The notes: generated from the letters alone by a model not told the origin. DNA of 64,000 nt from Halobacteriovoraceae bacterium (GCA_963719505.1 CAVRCF010000005.1:672001-736000); one strand, 5' to 3'; counted from the stretch's first letter, positions 21,330-32,030 are shown. Numbers and translations are program-made.

Positions 21330-22740
21330 GTTTGTCTAAAATGGAACGTGAGTTTCTCTTCGAGGCTTTAGAGTCCTTAGTACCCCAAAGGATATCCCTG
21401 GCTTCTTTATTAGAAAGCTCTGCATCGACAATTCGCTTTGGATAATTTTTTCCAACTTTAAAATCATACATTATCTGATCCATCTCACTCATTAACCACG
21501 GCTCGTGAATAAACTTTACTGGAAGATGAGCAAGTTGTGGCACCCATTTTTTTATAAACTCTCCCTCTTTGTCTTTCTCTTTAGACTGCTTAACTGGATT
21601 GTAGACCCGAAGTGTATTAATTCCCGTGGTGCCAGCTTGCATTTGAAATTGAGAAAAATGAATTCCTGGCTCATAGTCTAAAAATTGACGGGCCAAAAAG
21701 CCGGCTCCTGCCTGCCATGGTTGCCACAAAGAATGAGTGAGAAAAGATACCACTAATGCTCTTAGCCTAAAATTGAGATAGCCTGTCTCGACGACACATC
21801 TCATTGCCGCATCAACCAGTGGATATCCAGTCTGCCCCTCTTTCCACGCCTTAATTTTTTTCTTATCTTTTTTCTGTCGAACACCATTAAAAGCCGAATT
21901 TAGATTTTCAAATTCAATGCGAGGCTCAGATTCAAGTTTTTGAATAAAGTGGCAATGCCATTTCAAGCGCGCCATAAACTGGTCAAGAGAACGCTTGTTC
22001 TTTACATTCTTCCCGGCCTGCTCACAGGCTTGATAGATCTGTCTAATAGAGATATTTCCCCAAGAAAGATAGGCCGACATCTTTGAGCTAAAATATTGAC
22101 TCTTTTCAGGGTAGGATAAAGAGCCCCAATAGCTTTCAACCTTTTTTTCAAGAAATTCACTTAGCATCACTTTAGCGAGGTGCTCTCCACCGGTTATCAT
22201 CTTCGCTTTTGGAGTTTGAACTTGATCTAAAATATCTTTTGGCAAATGAAACCTCTCAGCGACTTCAAAGACTTGCATCTGAGATAGATCTTGTTCCTGT
22301 ATCTGAGGAGCTTTGACGTATTGAATCCAGTTTTGGTCCCAGCCTGCTCTTTGACTAAGACCTCTTATAACTCCATAAGGAGAGAATTCATGCCAAGGAA
22401 TTTTTTCCTTTTTAAAAAGTTGGGCCACTTCCCTATCTCTTTTATAAGTTAAATCATTTCCGGTCTCCGCATGGGAGAAGACAGTGATGTCACCAAATCG
22501 GGCTGCAAGCTGTGTAAAGACCTCGAGTGCTTCTGCATAAAAAAGATGAACCTTGACTCCTCTTTTTTCTAAATCGAGAATTGATTCATAAACAAAACGC
22601 CAATGCCTAATATCAAAGTCGTAGTTAAAAGAGACTGATGGTTCAAAAATATAAATAAAGACAAAAGGTTTCGAGGACGCTTTAGCAAGAGGAAGATGAT
22701 CACTTAGTCGCAAATCTCTTTTTAGCCAGACTATATTCAA
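21295..22740 (-). CDS. Photolyase/cryptochrome family protein
   Basis: WLKRDLRLSDH, WHCHFIQK, TGYPLVDAAMR, FLDYEPGIH, RVYNP. Confidence 0.92.
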   Translation of the reverse strand: MNIVWLKRDLRLSDHLPLAKASSKPFVFIYIFEPSVSFNYDFDIRHWRFVYESILDLEKRGVKVHLFYAEALEVFTQLAARFGDITVFSHAETGNDLTYKRDREVAQLFKKEKIPWHEFSPYGVIRGLSQRAGWDQNWIQYVKAPQIQEQDLSQMQVFEVAERFHLPKDILDQVQTPKAKMITGGEHLAKVMLSEFLEKKVESYWGSLSYPEKSQYFSSKMSAYLSWGNISIRQIYQACEQAGKNVKNKRSLDQFMARLKWHCHFIQKLESEPRIEFENLNSAFNGVRQKKDKKKIKAWKEGQTGYPLVDAAMRCVVETGYLNFRLRALVVSFLTHSLWQPWQAGAGFLARQFLDYEPGIHFSQFQMQAGTTGINTLRVYNPVKQSKEKDKEGEFIKKWVPQLAHLPVKFIHEPWLMSEMDQIMYDFKVGKNYPKRIVDAELSNKEARDILWGTKDSKASKRNSRSILDKHARKRNHGNHR

Positions 22741-24201
22741 GACGTTTTATCCTTAATAAAAGACTTTGCGGCTTTAAAGATTCGGTCTTTTTTTTCACTA
22801 TCCATTTTATCCAGTGGCACTTATCATCATATTCATTCGCGGCTGTTTTTTGAAAAAGTTTTTTCTGCGATCAATAAAGAGCCAATAAAGACCGTCTACT
22901 GTATCGCACCAATCGCCTTTGGGATAATGACTCATTTTTCTTATATAATTTGAGCCCGAAATATAAGGTTTCGTTGCAAATATTCCACCGTCACTAAACT
23001 GCCCCATACCAAAGACATTTGGGCCCATGACCCAATCACTTGAATCGACGTACATCTCCATAAACCATTTATAGACCTCTTGAGGATCTATCTCACTCAT
23101 GAGCATAATATTTGATATGACCATCAATCTTTCAATATGATGACCGTATCCATACTCCTGGGCTTTTTTAATAGCATCATCCAGCGGAGGAATTCCTGTC
23201 GTCCCCTCGTACCAATCTTTTGTGAGCTTACCTTTGTGCTCAAAAAAGTTTCTTTTCTGTTGCTCCTCATCAAAATTGTCATATATTCCTCTGACAAATT
23301 CCCTCCACCCCAAAACTTGACGGATAAATCCCTCTTTTGCGTTCAAGGGAACATCTGCTTCTTTTACTTTTTCGATAACTTCTTCAGGTGTAATAAAACC
23401 GATATTCATAAAAGGGCTTAGAAGTGAATGGTATAGAAATGGATCACGAGTATCAATGGCGTCTTGGTAATCACCAAAAAGTTCAAAGCGCTCATCAAGA
23501 AAACGATTAAACCAATAAAGAGCTGACCTTCTGGAGACAGGAATCCAGAAGTTTTCACAGCTTCCAGGGTGATCACTGAAAAACTTATCGACCAGAGATT
23601 TCACTTCATCAACATGATCATCTTTAATATTTTTAATCGGATTTGTAATGACCTTTGTATTTTTTGGTATTTTTTTTCTATTCTCAGAGTCGTAAGAGTA
23701 CTTGCCGCCAACAGGATTGCCATCCTCCTCCATTAGAACATCAAACCTTTTTCTATTTTGTTCATAAAAAGTTTTCATAAAAGGCTTTTTGGAACCTTTT
23801 AAATATTCTCGGAAGTTTTCTTTTGAAACCATAAACATTGGACTGGCTTCGATAAATAATTCAATGTCATTATCTTGGCAAAACGTCTCTACTTTTTGGT
23901 GAAAAAAGTGATCTGCAATCTCAAAGGTTTTAATCTTTTTGGTTTTTAATTTTTTTGTTGTTTTCAAAAGACAGTCAAAAAACTGTTCATTTTCTTGCAA
24001 TTTGAAGTAATGAACTTTCTTGTCTCTGTCTGTAAGCTCATCTTTAAAGTGGCGCATACTAGCGAGAAAGAAAATTATTTTATGCTTGTGATATTTGTAA
24101 TGAGTACACAAAGAGACATCTTCACACATAAAGACATGACTATCATCATCATAGTATTTTGTAGGGAATAATTGGTTGCCAAGGATCAGTCTTAAAGTCA
24201 T
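22737..24201 (-). CDS. Bacterial (6-4) photolyase/BCP family protein, lacking the Fe-S cysteines, with an apparent frameshift near the C-terminus
   Basis: LILGNQL, GGKYSYDSENRK, EGFIRQVLGWREF, HHIERLM, TKPYISGSNYI. The ORF stops at 22807, but removing 1 nt near 22816 gives ALDKMDSEKKDRIFKAAKSFIKDKTS* ending at 22737 and overlapping the next TTG start. Confidence 0.88.
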
Positions 24202-24266
24202 GACTAATCCTAGCAATTTAGGAGTTCTTTTCCTATTTTAGATTATTACACAAAGCCTAGACTTTC

Positions 24267-26120
24267 TTATTGAAAGGTTTCTACGCTATCAACCGGTTTG
24301 TCAGTATTACCATCATAAGAGTGGCCACCGAGGATACCAAGCTTAGAGTTCCAATTAACCACTTGAGAGAATCCCTTTGACTCTCCAAGATAACGCCCAG
24401 TGTGGTACCATCTATTTTTGGTAAAGCTATATTCGTAGATGTGGCGAACATATTCATATTCCCACTGTCCAAGCTTAAGCATACCGCCAAAAACAAAAGC
24501 GGAGTCCGACAGATTACCAGCCGCTGGTGCGAAGGTTGCAAAGGGAAGAGGAGCTAATTGAGTAAAGACTTTTAACAGGGGATCAAATTCAACAAATTCA
24601 TCTAAAAGAGCGAAATGACTTCCCCCCTCACTTATTCCTCCCACAAAATAGACTTTTCCATCTTTTGCAAAACCTGAGAACGCTCTTCTTTTACTAGGCA
24701 TTTTCTCTTTTAATGTTTTAAAGGAATTAGTCAGGATATCATAGACGTCAACTTCATCGTGGAAAACGCCATCAATATCGTCTTCAAACTTTGGAGTACT
24801 ATCCCAGCCACCCAAAAGGTAGACTTTTGTTCCAATTTGAACAGATAGATTGGAAGATCTTTTTCTTGGCATTGTTCCTATCTCTTCCCATTTATTATTT
24901 TTTATATCGTATCTTTCAACGATATCTAATGACTTCCAAGCCGGACTGGTTGACCCCTCGTAGGCAAAGCCACCAAAAGCGTAAATAAAGTTTCCGTAAG
25001 CGGCAACTTGAAACCCATGACATGGATTAATTCTTGGGGCTAAGTTTTCCCAGGTCTGAGTTTTTGTATTAAAAGCGGTCATTCTTCCTGTAAAAGACTC
25101 TGGTGGGTATGTATGCTCTGCTCCTTGGTGTCCTCCTACCACATAGATTTTTCCATTGTGATAAATAGAACCAAATGAAGATCGAGGAGTTCCCGGCATT
25201 TTTGGAAGATCATTTTGCTTATACTTTAAGACACCTGTCATTCTTGGCGCGTAAAAACTAACACCAGGTTTTGAGATTAACTTAACCTCTTGCTCTTTTT
25301 GTTTTTTCCAAGATGCTTCTGATTGTTTATAAATAGAAAAGATCCCATTTTCTAACCTGTCAGTTGTATAGATCAGATTATTATAGTGATCAAAAGCTGG
25401 CGAAAAGTCTCTATCAAGGTGTGACGTTACTTTTATTGTCGTCTTTTCAATCACATCATAAATATGGATATCCCAGTTTGTATCAATCTTTTTTGTAAAG
25501 GCTATATATCTTTCATCTTTACTAAGGCTAGGAGACATTCCTTCAGAGACAACAATCTCTTTGTCAGTATTGAGATCAAAAAGAACAATCTCTTTTAGTT
25601 TATTTGTATTTCTTTGATAGACAATTTTTTCACCCGATTCAAAAGGAGTTGGAAAGTATCCATTTCCAAGCTTTTCAAGAACTGTTTCAGGTGCTTTATA
25701 GATAAGATACCCATTTTGAATACTTGGTCGAATAGATCGTCGAGAAAGTTCTAAATCAATTTTTACTATCTTATTCACTCCCCCAATATTCTTTGAGTAA
25801 AAAAGAAGATTTGCATTGTCAGAAAATTTAGGTTGTAAAACAAATCCCGGGACAGACCACTTCTCTTTGATTGAGTTTTGTCTATTTTCAACAATCACTT
25901 CCAGAGACTTTTGATCACTCCCTTTTACATAAGTTAAAAAGGTTCCATCATTTGATATATCTGGGTACAAGTTCCAGTCGCTACCGCTTGTGAGGAGGCC
26001 ATAGCTAGAATTATCTTTTGAAAGCCCCACATGTTTTGCTCCAGCTCCTTCTACTAAGAAGACCATTTCACTGGCGATCAAATTAAATGAAATTAAAGAA
26101 AGAAATAGTAATATACGCAT
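24267..26120 (-). CDS. Secreted TolB/PD40-repeat plus Kelch-repeat double beta-propeller protein
   Basis: Signal peptide; PDISNDG, PSLSKDERYIAF, SPAF; six GG-type Kelch repeats (IYVVGG, IYAFGG, VYLLGG). Confidence 0.85.
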   Translation of the reverse strand: MRILLFLSLISFNLIASEMVFLVEGAGAKHVGLSKDNSSYGLLTSGSDWNLYPDISNDGTFLTYVKGSDQKSLEVIVENRQNSIKEKWSVPGFVLQPKFSDNANLLFYSKNIGGVNKIVKIDLELSRRSIRPSIQNGYLIYKAPETVLEKLGNGYFPTPFESGEKIVYQRNTNKLKEIVLFDLNTDKEIVVSEGMSPSLSKDERYIAFTKKIDTNWDIHIYDVIEKTTIKVTSHLDRDFSPAFDHYNNLIYTTDRLENGIFSIYKQSEASWKKQKEQEVKLISKPGVSFYAPRMTGVLKYKQNDLPKMPGTPRSSFGSIYHNGKIYVVGGHQGAEHTYPPESFTGRMTAFNTKTQTWENLAPRINPCHGFQVAAYGNFIYAFGGFAYEGSTSPAWKSLDIVERYDIKNNKWEEIGTMPRKRSSNLSVQIGTKVYLLGGWDSTPKFEDDIDGVFHDEVDVYDILTNSFKTLKEKMPSKRRAFSGFAKDGKVYFVGGISEGGSHFALLDEFVEFDPLLKVFTQLAPLPFATFAPAAGNLSDSAFVFGGMLKLGQWEYEYVRHIYEYSFTKNRWYHTGRYLGESKGFSQVVNWNSKLGILGGHSYDGNTDKPVDSVETFQ

Positions 26121-26179
26121 ATAAATCCTTGTAGAGTGTTTATACGCTATTACACATTAAGTTTGTTTGATATGTCAAA

Positions 26180-26989
26180 CTAGTAAATGGACCACTTATT
26201 ATTAAGGTATGTTTTTAACTCTGTATGTTCTTCAGTTGTAAGCACCCGGTCGAAAATTAAGATTTCTAGCAGATCATAGTTTGCCCTATAGGACTTGGGA
26301 CCTGAGGAGTGATTAAAGCAGCCGATATTCTCCCAGTTTGACTGGGGTGTTTGATACTGTGCAGATAGAAGAGTTAATGAAGATCCAAAATTTGTCGATC
26401 CATTGTTTCCTGCGAAAGCATTATAGGGAGAATTATTTAAAGCGACTCGTCCTTGGTCTGAGCCAGTTCCATCAAAACTTACCAAGTAGCCTTTATTCGT
26501 CGAGACGAATAGATATTGACCGTTCAAACTTGAGCCCAAAAGTCCATGGATCCCATCACTGGCCGTTAGAGTATTATCGACGACCATAATAATTGTCTGA
26601 CCGCTAAAAGGCGAAAGGTCTAAACAATTCCCATTGCTCGTTGACTGGGCTTGACCATTAAATTGGAGAACTCCTCCACTCAAAGTTGGCCTGTCCTGTC
26701 CCGATGCAGTCGCGTGGTTATCATTTCCACTTTTATCTTGAACACAAGAGACTCTTTCTGTGTTTTCAGCTTGAGAATTACAATTTATATTGGTGTGGAT
26801 GGTACTGGCATCGCTGGTGTCAAGCCAAACACTGAGCCCAGTTAAATCAGTTGGTGAAAAACCTTCTGGCCCAGGTTGTGTCTGTGGATCTTCAGATGGA
26901 CTTTGAACTACGAGATCATTTGATTCAGTCCCTATTTGACCGCATCCAATAAAGATAAAAATGAAAATCATTGATATCATTTTCATCAT
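26180..26989 (-). CDS. Lipoprotein with a ConA/LamG-like domain
   Basis: Lipobox FIGC; LSVWLD, QDKSGNDNHA, EILIFDRVL, YLNNKW. Confidence 0.75.
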   Translation of the reverse strand: MMKMISMIFIFIFIGCGQIGTESNDLVVQSPSEDPQTQPGPEGFSPTDLTGLSVWLDTSDASTIHTNINCNSQAENTERVSCVQDKSGNDNHATASGQDRPTLSGGVLQFNGQAQSTSNGNCLDLSPFSGQTIIMVVDNTLTASDGIHGLLGSSLNGQYLFVSTNKGYLVSFDGTGSDQGRVALNNSPYNAFAGNNGSTNFGSSLTLLSAQYQTPQSNWENIGCFNHSSGPKSYRANYDLLEILIFDRVLTTEEHTELKTYLNNKWSIY

Positions 26990-27765
26990 AGTGAAAGATC
27001 CATAAAGTCATCCATAACGACAATCAATTCACTTGAAGGATTATGGGAAGTTGCTATTAATCCTACGTCGAAAACACCTGCCACGGACGCGTTGTCATAA
27101 ACGCCTCCAGAATGTGCTGTCCAGTCGTCGGAAATATTCTCTTTATAAAAACAGGTAATATTATTTCCTTCTTTTTTCATTCGCAAATACTTTGGCATTG
27201 AGTTCGTTCCATCTTGCCTATTGCCATTTATATTCGCATCCGCATTGACGGAATATTGAAGTGCTACACGATTTGCGATTGTTTGCGCGCACATGACATA
27301 ACCGCCAGCCCCTAAGTCATTAGTGTCATTGGCCATGTAAAAACCAAATTTTGCCCAGCCGTTAGGTGATGTATTAAATGAGACAATCTGAACACTAAAA
27401 TCAAAGTCCCCAGTTAAGTCTCTTTTGTAAAAACCGTTGAACTGGTGAGTTGTCGACCAAACGTCAGCCCCTCTTGAGGTTATCGTAAGCTGTCCTCCAC
27501 CAATAGCAAAGCTTGTCTCGCAATCATCAGTGGTTGAGCCCGAATTATCGGCATCCCAGTTATCTCTGTCCACGCATTCCCAATTTGCCACCGAGTCTTC
27601 ATCGAAACTATCAGTATGACCAACTGGAACATCAGGAGCTTCAGGCGTATCGACAAGCTCTGTGTAAGGGTCGCCTCCGACAAGAGAGTCCGAAGTCCCC
27701 ATGGTGTTCTGACCACAAGAGATCAATATCAGACTTAGAAATATGGATAAGATCATTTTATTCAT
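26986..27765 (-). CDS. Lipoprotein with a lectin/glucanase-like jelly-roll domain
   Basis: Lipobox LISC; GADVW, GDFDFSV, WAKFG, YLRMKKEGN, VGLIATSH; start uncertain. Confidence 0.72.
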   Translation of the reverse strand: MNKMILSIFLSLILISCGQNTMGTSDSLVGGDPYTELVDTPEAPDVPVGHTDSFDEDSVANWECVDRDNWDADNSGSTTDDCETSFAIGGGQLTITSRGADVWSTTHQFNGFYKRDLTGDFDFSVQIVSFNTSPNGWAKFGFYMANDTNDLGAGGYVMCAQTIANRVALQYSVNADANINGNRQDGTNSMPKYLRMKKEGNNITCFYKENISDDWTAHSGGVYDNASVAGVFDVGLIATSHNPSSELIVVMDDFMDLSL

Positions 27766-27804
27766 AAGCTTATTATAATCCAAATAATCAGGTTCTCATT
27801 CGAC

Positions 27805-27831
27805 TTATCGGTAACTTACTGTAATCTCTTA
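27805..27831 (-). promoter_or_regulatory. Sigma28 promoter of the lipoprotein pair
   Basis: TAAG-N15-ACCGATAA. Confidence 0.7.
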
Positions 27832-27951
27832 AGGTTTACTTAAGGTTATTTCTTTAGTTTACTTAAGTTTGCCAAAAATATCTGTCAAAGTGCTTTTGTT
27901 CCCCATTTAATTAGTTAATTCAAAGGGTTAAACTAGAACGAGGAGAGAAAT

Positions 27952-28629
27952 ATGAAAGTTATTAGTTATATTTTATTTATAGTATCGTTAAGTGCAAATG
28001 CCTATGTTGGTGTCGAACTCTCCTCTCCCCAGGCGCGCTTTGAGGAAAATGAAGCGGGAACTCCCAGGCCATTTATCAATGCCCCAACAATTGACTGGAA
28101 ACTTTTCTATCAATCAAACACCCAGTCTCGTTTCACCTGGGGAGCAAGTTACTACTCTCAATCGATTGATCTCTCCGAGGGAAATAATGGAATCAGGTTT
28201 AATGAAACAGACTTTAGGCGCTCACAGATTGAAGGCTACATAGCCGTGGGAAGTAAAGAAGGGTGGTTTGCGCGCTTTGGTGCCCACTACACGACCACAC
28301 CCTATTTCTTTGAAGAACCAACGGCAGATCCCAATAGAAATATCGTCACCGGCGAGTCAGTCTCAAGAATTGATCCCTTCATTCTTGGAGGAGTCTATTA
28401 CAAAACGGGTTTTGGTGGCGGTGAAATTATGGTTAAGTTTATGTCATTATCCGAAGTTGAAGTCGACGACCAAAGTCTAAAAGGAACTGGCTCTGAGGTC
28501 TATATTTCTTTGTTTCTCAATAAAACGCAAAACTTTGGGTTGTTCTTTCGCTATACGAATGAATTTGCCAAAGGCGACTACGACTTCATCTATGATGTTA
28601 GAAGCTTTGGTATTGTGGCGAGAATTTAA
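27952..28629 (+). CDS. Putative outer-membrane beta-barrel protein
   Basis: GAGGAG RBS; signal peptide; alternating amphipathic strands. Confidence 0.65.
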   Translation: MKVISYILFIVSLSANAYVGVELSSPQARFEENEAGTPRPFINAPTIDWKLFYQSNTQSRFTWGASYYSQSIDLSEGNNGIRFNETDFRRSQIEGYIAVGSKEGWFARFGAHYTTTPYFFEEPTADPNRNIVTGESVSRIDPFILGGVYYKTGFGGGEIMVKFMSLSEVEVDDQSLKGTGSEVYISLFLNKTQNFGLFFRYTNEFAKGDYDFIYDVRSFGIVARI

Positions 28630-29183
28630 ATTTCATAAACGATATCTAAGCGAAGCTGTAACTTGTTCTCACGAATATTAACTGGTAGTGGCTCAAAAGA
28701 GCTTATCGTTTGAAAAAGAGTTCTCGTGTGCTCTATAAAGAGTTTATCTCCAACCTTTTTAGTGACGACTAAACCGGCAATCTGTCCGCTACTTTTTATT
28801 TCAAACTCAACCTCAACCACACCTTCAAGCTTTAGCTTTTTGGCCACAAAAGGATAAGACTTACTTTGTTCGATTTTTCTTTTTACTGAGGATATATAAA
28901 GATCTTTTTCATCCATCGATCCGTTTTCTAATTGATTAACTTGTGCTGCTGCTTGGGATACATCAACATCACTTTTTGTCTTCTTGGGTGACTCTCCATT
29001 GTCAGAAACCTTTTTTTGAGCTTTTATATACACCCTTGTCAGTCGAATGACTGAGCGCTTCGAATCGACATGAGAAAAAGTCTTATTTAGGAAGCTTTCT
29101 TTTGAAAGAGTAAACAGGACTATGATATGAATAACTGACACTAAGCTCAAAAGAATGAATTTTTTTACAGGTTTATTCATCAC
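28626..29183 (-). CDS. TonB-family protein
   Basis: N-terminal TM with SVIH; YPFVAKKLKLEGVVEVEFEI. Confidence 0.85.
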   Translation of the reverse strand: MMNKPVKKFILLSLVSVIHIIVLFTLSKESFLNKTFSHVDSKRSVIRLTRVYIKAQKKVSDNGESPKKTKSDVDVSQAAAQVNQLENGSMDEKDLYISSVKRKIEQSKSYPFVAKKLKLEGVVEVEFEIKSSGQIAGLVVTKKVGDKLFIEHTRTLFQTISSFEPLPVNIRENKLQLRLDIVYEI

Positions 29184-29194
29184 AGAAGTATAAT

Positions 29195-30007
29195 ATGGAA
29201 AAGTTAAAAGATAAAATTTATGAAGTCATCTTTGAAGCCGACACATACTGGGGGCGATTTTTTGATGTCGCACTTATTGTTTCAGTCATGGTATCTGTGG
29301 TTTTTGTTATGTTGGAATCTGTCAAAGAGCTCAACAACCAATACTCTGAAGTTTTCAAAATCATTGAAGTCATCTTTACTCTCCTTTTTACCGCTGAGCT
29401 TATTTTTCGACTATACTGCGTAAAATCCAAAAAAGACTATATATTTAGCTTTTATGGTGTTGTCGATTTATTGGCCATTCTTCCTCTTTATCTAACTTCC
29501 ATTTTCCCCTTTCTCGGTAGCTTTGGGATTATAAGGGCGCTTAGAATTCTGAGAATCTTTCGCATCCTAAAACTACAGCGATATATAAATGCTGGAAATG
29601 GTCTCACTATTGCTCTTCGTGAAAGTCGTTACAAAATCATAGTGTTCTTGGGGTTTACTGTTACGACGGTTTTTATCATTGGAGCCCTGATGTATATTGT
29701 CGAAATGGGCCAGGGTGGATTTACAAGTATACCAAAGTCAATCTACTGGGCCGTGGTAACCATTACGACAGTGGGCTATGGAGACATGGTTCCTCAAACA
29801 GTGCTTGGAAAGTTTTTATCAGCTTTTTTGATGGTACTAGGATACGGCGTTTTGGCCATTCCCACCGGTCTAGTTTCAGCCGAAATTGTCAATCAACGGA
29901 TGAAGGATTACGAAGAAGAAGAGATTTCTTGTCACGGCTGCAATAAACGGATGCATCAAAAAAACTCTTCGTTTTGTTCCCGGTGCGGAGGACAACTTAG
30001 TGGATAA
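29195..30007 (+). CDS. Voltage-gated K+ channel (6TM) with a C-terminal zinc ribbon
   Basis: S4 RALRILRIFRILK; TTVGYGD; CHGC...CSRC. Confidence 0.93.
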   Translation: MEKLKDKIYEVIFEADTYWGRFFDVALIVSVMVSVVFVMLESVKELNNQYSEVFKIIEVIFTLLFTAELIFRLYCVKSKKDYIFSFYGVVDLLAILPLYLTSIFPFLGSFGIIRALRILRIFRILKLQRYINAGNGLTIALRESRYKIIVFLGFTVTTVFIIGALMYIVEMGQGGFTSIPKSIYWAVVTITTVGYGDMVPQTVLGKFLSAFLMVLGYGVLAIPTGLVSAEIVNQRMKDYEEEEISCHGCNKRMHQKNSSFCSRCGGQLSG

Positions 30008-31403
30008 TATTTTTGAAAATACTTATCATCAACTCTCATCCAATTTCTATTCAAACTCTACCCCTGCTTCTTTTAGTGCGCCAAAACTCATCGCGTTTAA
30101 CAAAGAACTTGCTTTGGAGTTGGGAATGGAAAATATTGTCCTTTTAGAAGAAAAGAGGCTTGCAAAAATATTTACAGGACAAGAAATTCTTCCTGGTGGA
30201 GCTTATATTTCTCAAGCCTACAGTGGGCATCAATTTGGACACTTTAATCCTCAACTTGGTGATGGCAGGGCGATTATGATGGGAGAAACCAAAGCCCGTC
30301 CCAAAAAGGATATTCAACTAAAAGGAAGTGGACCAACCGCTTTTTCTAGAAGAGGTGACGGATTCTCAGAGCTTGGACCAGTTCTTCGCGAGTACCTCGT
30401 TAGTGAGTACATGCATAGGGCAAACATTCCAACAACGAGAGCACTGGCCGCTTGCACGACTGGAGACCCTGTTTATAGGCAGATGGTTGCACCGGGCGGA
30501 GTCTTCACAAGAGTGGCAAGCTCTCACATAAGGATTGGAACCTTTGAGTATTTTGCTTCAAGAAACTTGATCGAGGAACTTCGCACTCTCCTCGCCTACA
30601 CAATAAAAAGACATTACCCGGAACTTTTAGACGGAAATCCCAAAACTCAAATCCTAGATTTTTTAAAAGCTGTGTCCGTAAACCAATCTCATATGATTTC
30701 AAAATGGATGCAGGTTGGATTTATTCATGGAGTAATGAATACTGATAACATGTCCATCTGTGGTGAGACCCTAGACTTTGGTCCCTGTGCATTCATGGAT
30801 CATTTTCAAAATGACAAAGTCTTCAGCTTTATTGATCGTCATGGTCGCTATCGATACAATAATCAAATTCAAATCGGAATTTGGAATCTCTACCAGCTTG
30901 CCAACTCCCTAATACCTTTGATGGACTCTCCTTCAGCTGTCGAACAGATGGAACTGAACCTTATAGAAATTCAAAAATTCTATCATCAAGAATTTCAAAA
31001 AAAGATGCTAGAAAAATACGGACTAAAAAACGTTGAAAACTTTGATCAACTTCACCATTCATTTCTCAATATATTAGAGTCAAATAACTTAGACTTCACG
31101 AACTCCTATAGATTATTGTTAGAGGATCCAAAGTCCCTTCACAAACTTACAGGAAGTGAGCAATTCTTTGATTTGTGGCCAATTAACTCTATAGATCAGG
31201 AGATGATGGACAGGGCCAATCCCACTATAATCCCCAGAAACCATCTTATAGAGAAAGCAATAAAAGAGGCTTATGAGGGTGATTTTACGTATTTTCATAA
31301 GTGTTTAGATATTTTTAGTCACACTAATAGCTCCACTCCATCAGAGTTTCTGTCGCCTCCAAAGCCAACTGAAGTCATAACGAATACCTTTTGTGGCACC
31401 TAA
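30000..31403 (+). CDS. selO: Protein adenylyltransferase SelO/YdiU
   Basis: YSGHQFG..QLGDGRA, QLKGSG, HGVMNTDN, DFGP. Confidence 0.95.
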   Translation: MDNIFENTYHQLSSNFYSNSTPASFSAPKLIAFNKELALELGMENIVLLEEKRLAKIFTGQEILPGGAYISQAYSGHQFGHFNPQLGDGRAIMMGETKARPKKDIQLKGSGPTAFSRRGDGFSELGPVLREYLVSEYMHRANIPTTRALAACTTGDPVYRQMVAPGGVFTRVASSHIRIGTFEYFASRNLIEELRTLLAYTIKRHYPELLDGNPKTQILDFLKAVSVNQSHMISKWMQVGFIHGVMNTDNMSICGETLDFGPCAFMDHFQNDKVFSFIDRHGRYRYNNQIQIGIWNLYQLANSLIPLMDSPSAVEQMELNLIEIQKFYHQEFQKKMLEKYGLKNVENFDQLHHSFLNILESNNLDFTNSYRLLLEDPKSLHKLTGSEQFFDLWPINSIDQEMMDRANPTIIPRNHLIEKAIKEAYEGDFTYFHKCLDIFSHTNSSTPSEFLSPPKPTEVITNTFCGT

Positions 31404-31512
31404 ATTTAGCTTGTTACGCTCATTAAATGAATAAGTTTCACTCTTTAACGCGTCGAGTCTACTGAATACTTTTATCTTTGATATACCTTTTTCTTATCCT
31501 AAGGAGAACAAT

Positions 31513-32016
31513 ATGAAAGTACTTACGACTATAATATTTTGCTCACTTCTACTCGCTTGCGGGAAAAATAATAATTCTGGTAACTCAAAAAGCGTATACT
31601 CTCAAGCTATAGAATCATCTGAAATTTCACGATCTGGCTACCAGGCCAATAATGGTTTCATGCAATATGCCTACCTTCTTATGTCACTCGATTCCCGATC
31701 TCCCATAAGAGATTTTTATCTTACGTCATCACGAAATCCAAACTTAGATCAACAGGTTAAAGCTTCAGGGACAATTATGTTTGGTCGATTTAAAAGAGCG
31801 ACTCTCTCGCAAATGGATCACTTGAAAAGAGATCTTGAAGGCTTAAGTCCTAATCAAAGACTCGATGAAATTGAGAGAATATCCAACAAGGCCATAGATC
31901 AAAACTTTTTCTATATTGAAAATAGCTTTGAGATCTTTAATGCTGAAAACGGGACTATTGAAATTGTCTTTCTTTTAGAAAATAATTCTAAAGTTGTAGG
32001 AAAAATAAGGTTGTAA
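31513..32016 (+). CDS. Hypothetical lipoprotein
   Basis: AAGGAG RBS; lipobox LLAC. Confidence 0.75.
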   Translation: MKVLTTIIFCSLLLACGKNNNSGNSKSVYSQAIESSEISRSGYQANNGFMQYAYLLMSLDSRSPIRDFYLTSSRNPNLDQQVKASGTIMFGRFKRATLSQMDHLKRDLEGLSPNQRLDEIERISNKAIDQNFFYIENSFEIFNAENGTIEIVFLLENNSKVVGKIRL

Positions 32017-32030
32017 AACTGAAGGCCATA

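Noticed and set aside
26137-26156. TGTTTA-N8-TACACA upstream of the Kelch gene
   Set aside because: Spacer is 8 rather than 6, and it lies too close to the start codon.
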